From contig NW_021823869.1 of assembly GCF_006345805.1 (NCBI RefSeq), forward strand, positions 1 to 20,805: a DNA stretch of 20,805 bases, given 5' to 3'. The position numbers were made by a program, and so were the translations under genes. Below, piece by piece: positions 20,584 through 20,805 of this stretch (positions within the stretch are counted from its first letter, which is position 1; each line of letters begins with the position of its first letter). Under the pieces are notes generated by a model. The model was not told the origin of the DNA, did no database searches, and saw only the letters and a program-made list of their open reading frames with translations. This DNA comes from Octopus sinensis. Lineage: Eukaryota.

Positions 20584-20805
20584 ACTCTTTTTACTCTTTT
20601 ACTTGTTTCAGTCATTTGACTGCGGCCATGCTGGAGCACCGCCTTTAGTCGAGCAAATCGACCCCGGGACTTATTCTTTGTAAGCCCAGTACTTATTCTA
20701 TCGGTCTCTTTTGCCGAACCGCTAAGTAACGGGGACGTAAACACACCAGCATCGGTTGTCAAGCAATGCTAGGGGGACAAACACACACTACACAGACACA
20801 CACAC
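20584..20805 (-). mobile_element. Type A SINE, 3' half, continuing beyond the window
   Basis: Near-identical to 1195-1390; (TAAAAGAG)n tail. Confidence 0.9.

Overview
AT-rich, microsatellite-dense eukaryotic DNA. The tRNA-derived SINE repertoire looks like a coleoid cephalopod, probably Octopus (inference from recognised repeat sequences, not a search). The supplied ORF track is almost entirely microsatellite or repeat artefact. The only good host-gene candidate is a + strand signal-peptide exon at 9140-9263 with a strong donor site; no downstream exon was identified. Everything else recognisable is transposable: five tRNA-headed SINE types (labelled A-E here) that share modules, two non-autonomous Helitrons, 3' fragments of three LINE lineages, and several inverted-repeat structures. 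The LINE lineages are R4/Dong-like with a restriction-like endonuclease, Tx1/L1-like, and CR1/L2-group. The most notable pattern is that R4/Dong-like pieces repeatedly sit in (CATA)n arrays while a Tx1-like piece sits in a (GATA)n array, suggesting microsatellite-targeted retrotransposons.
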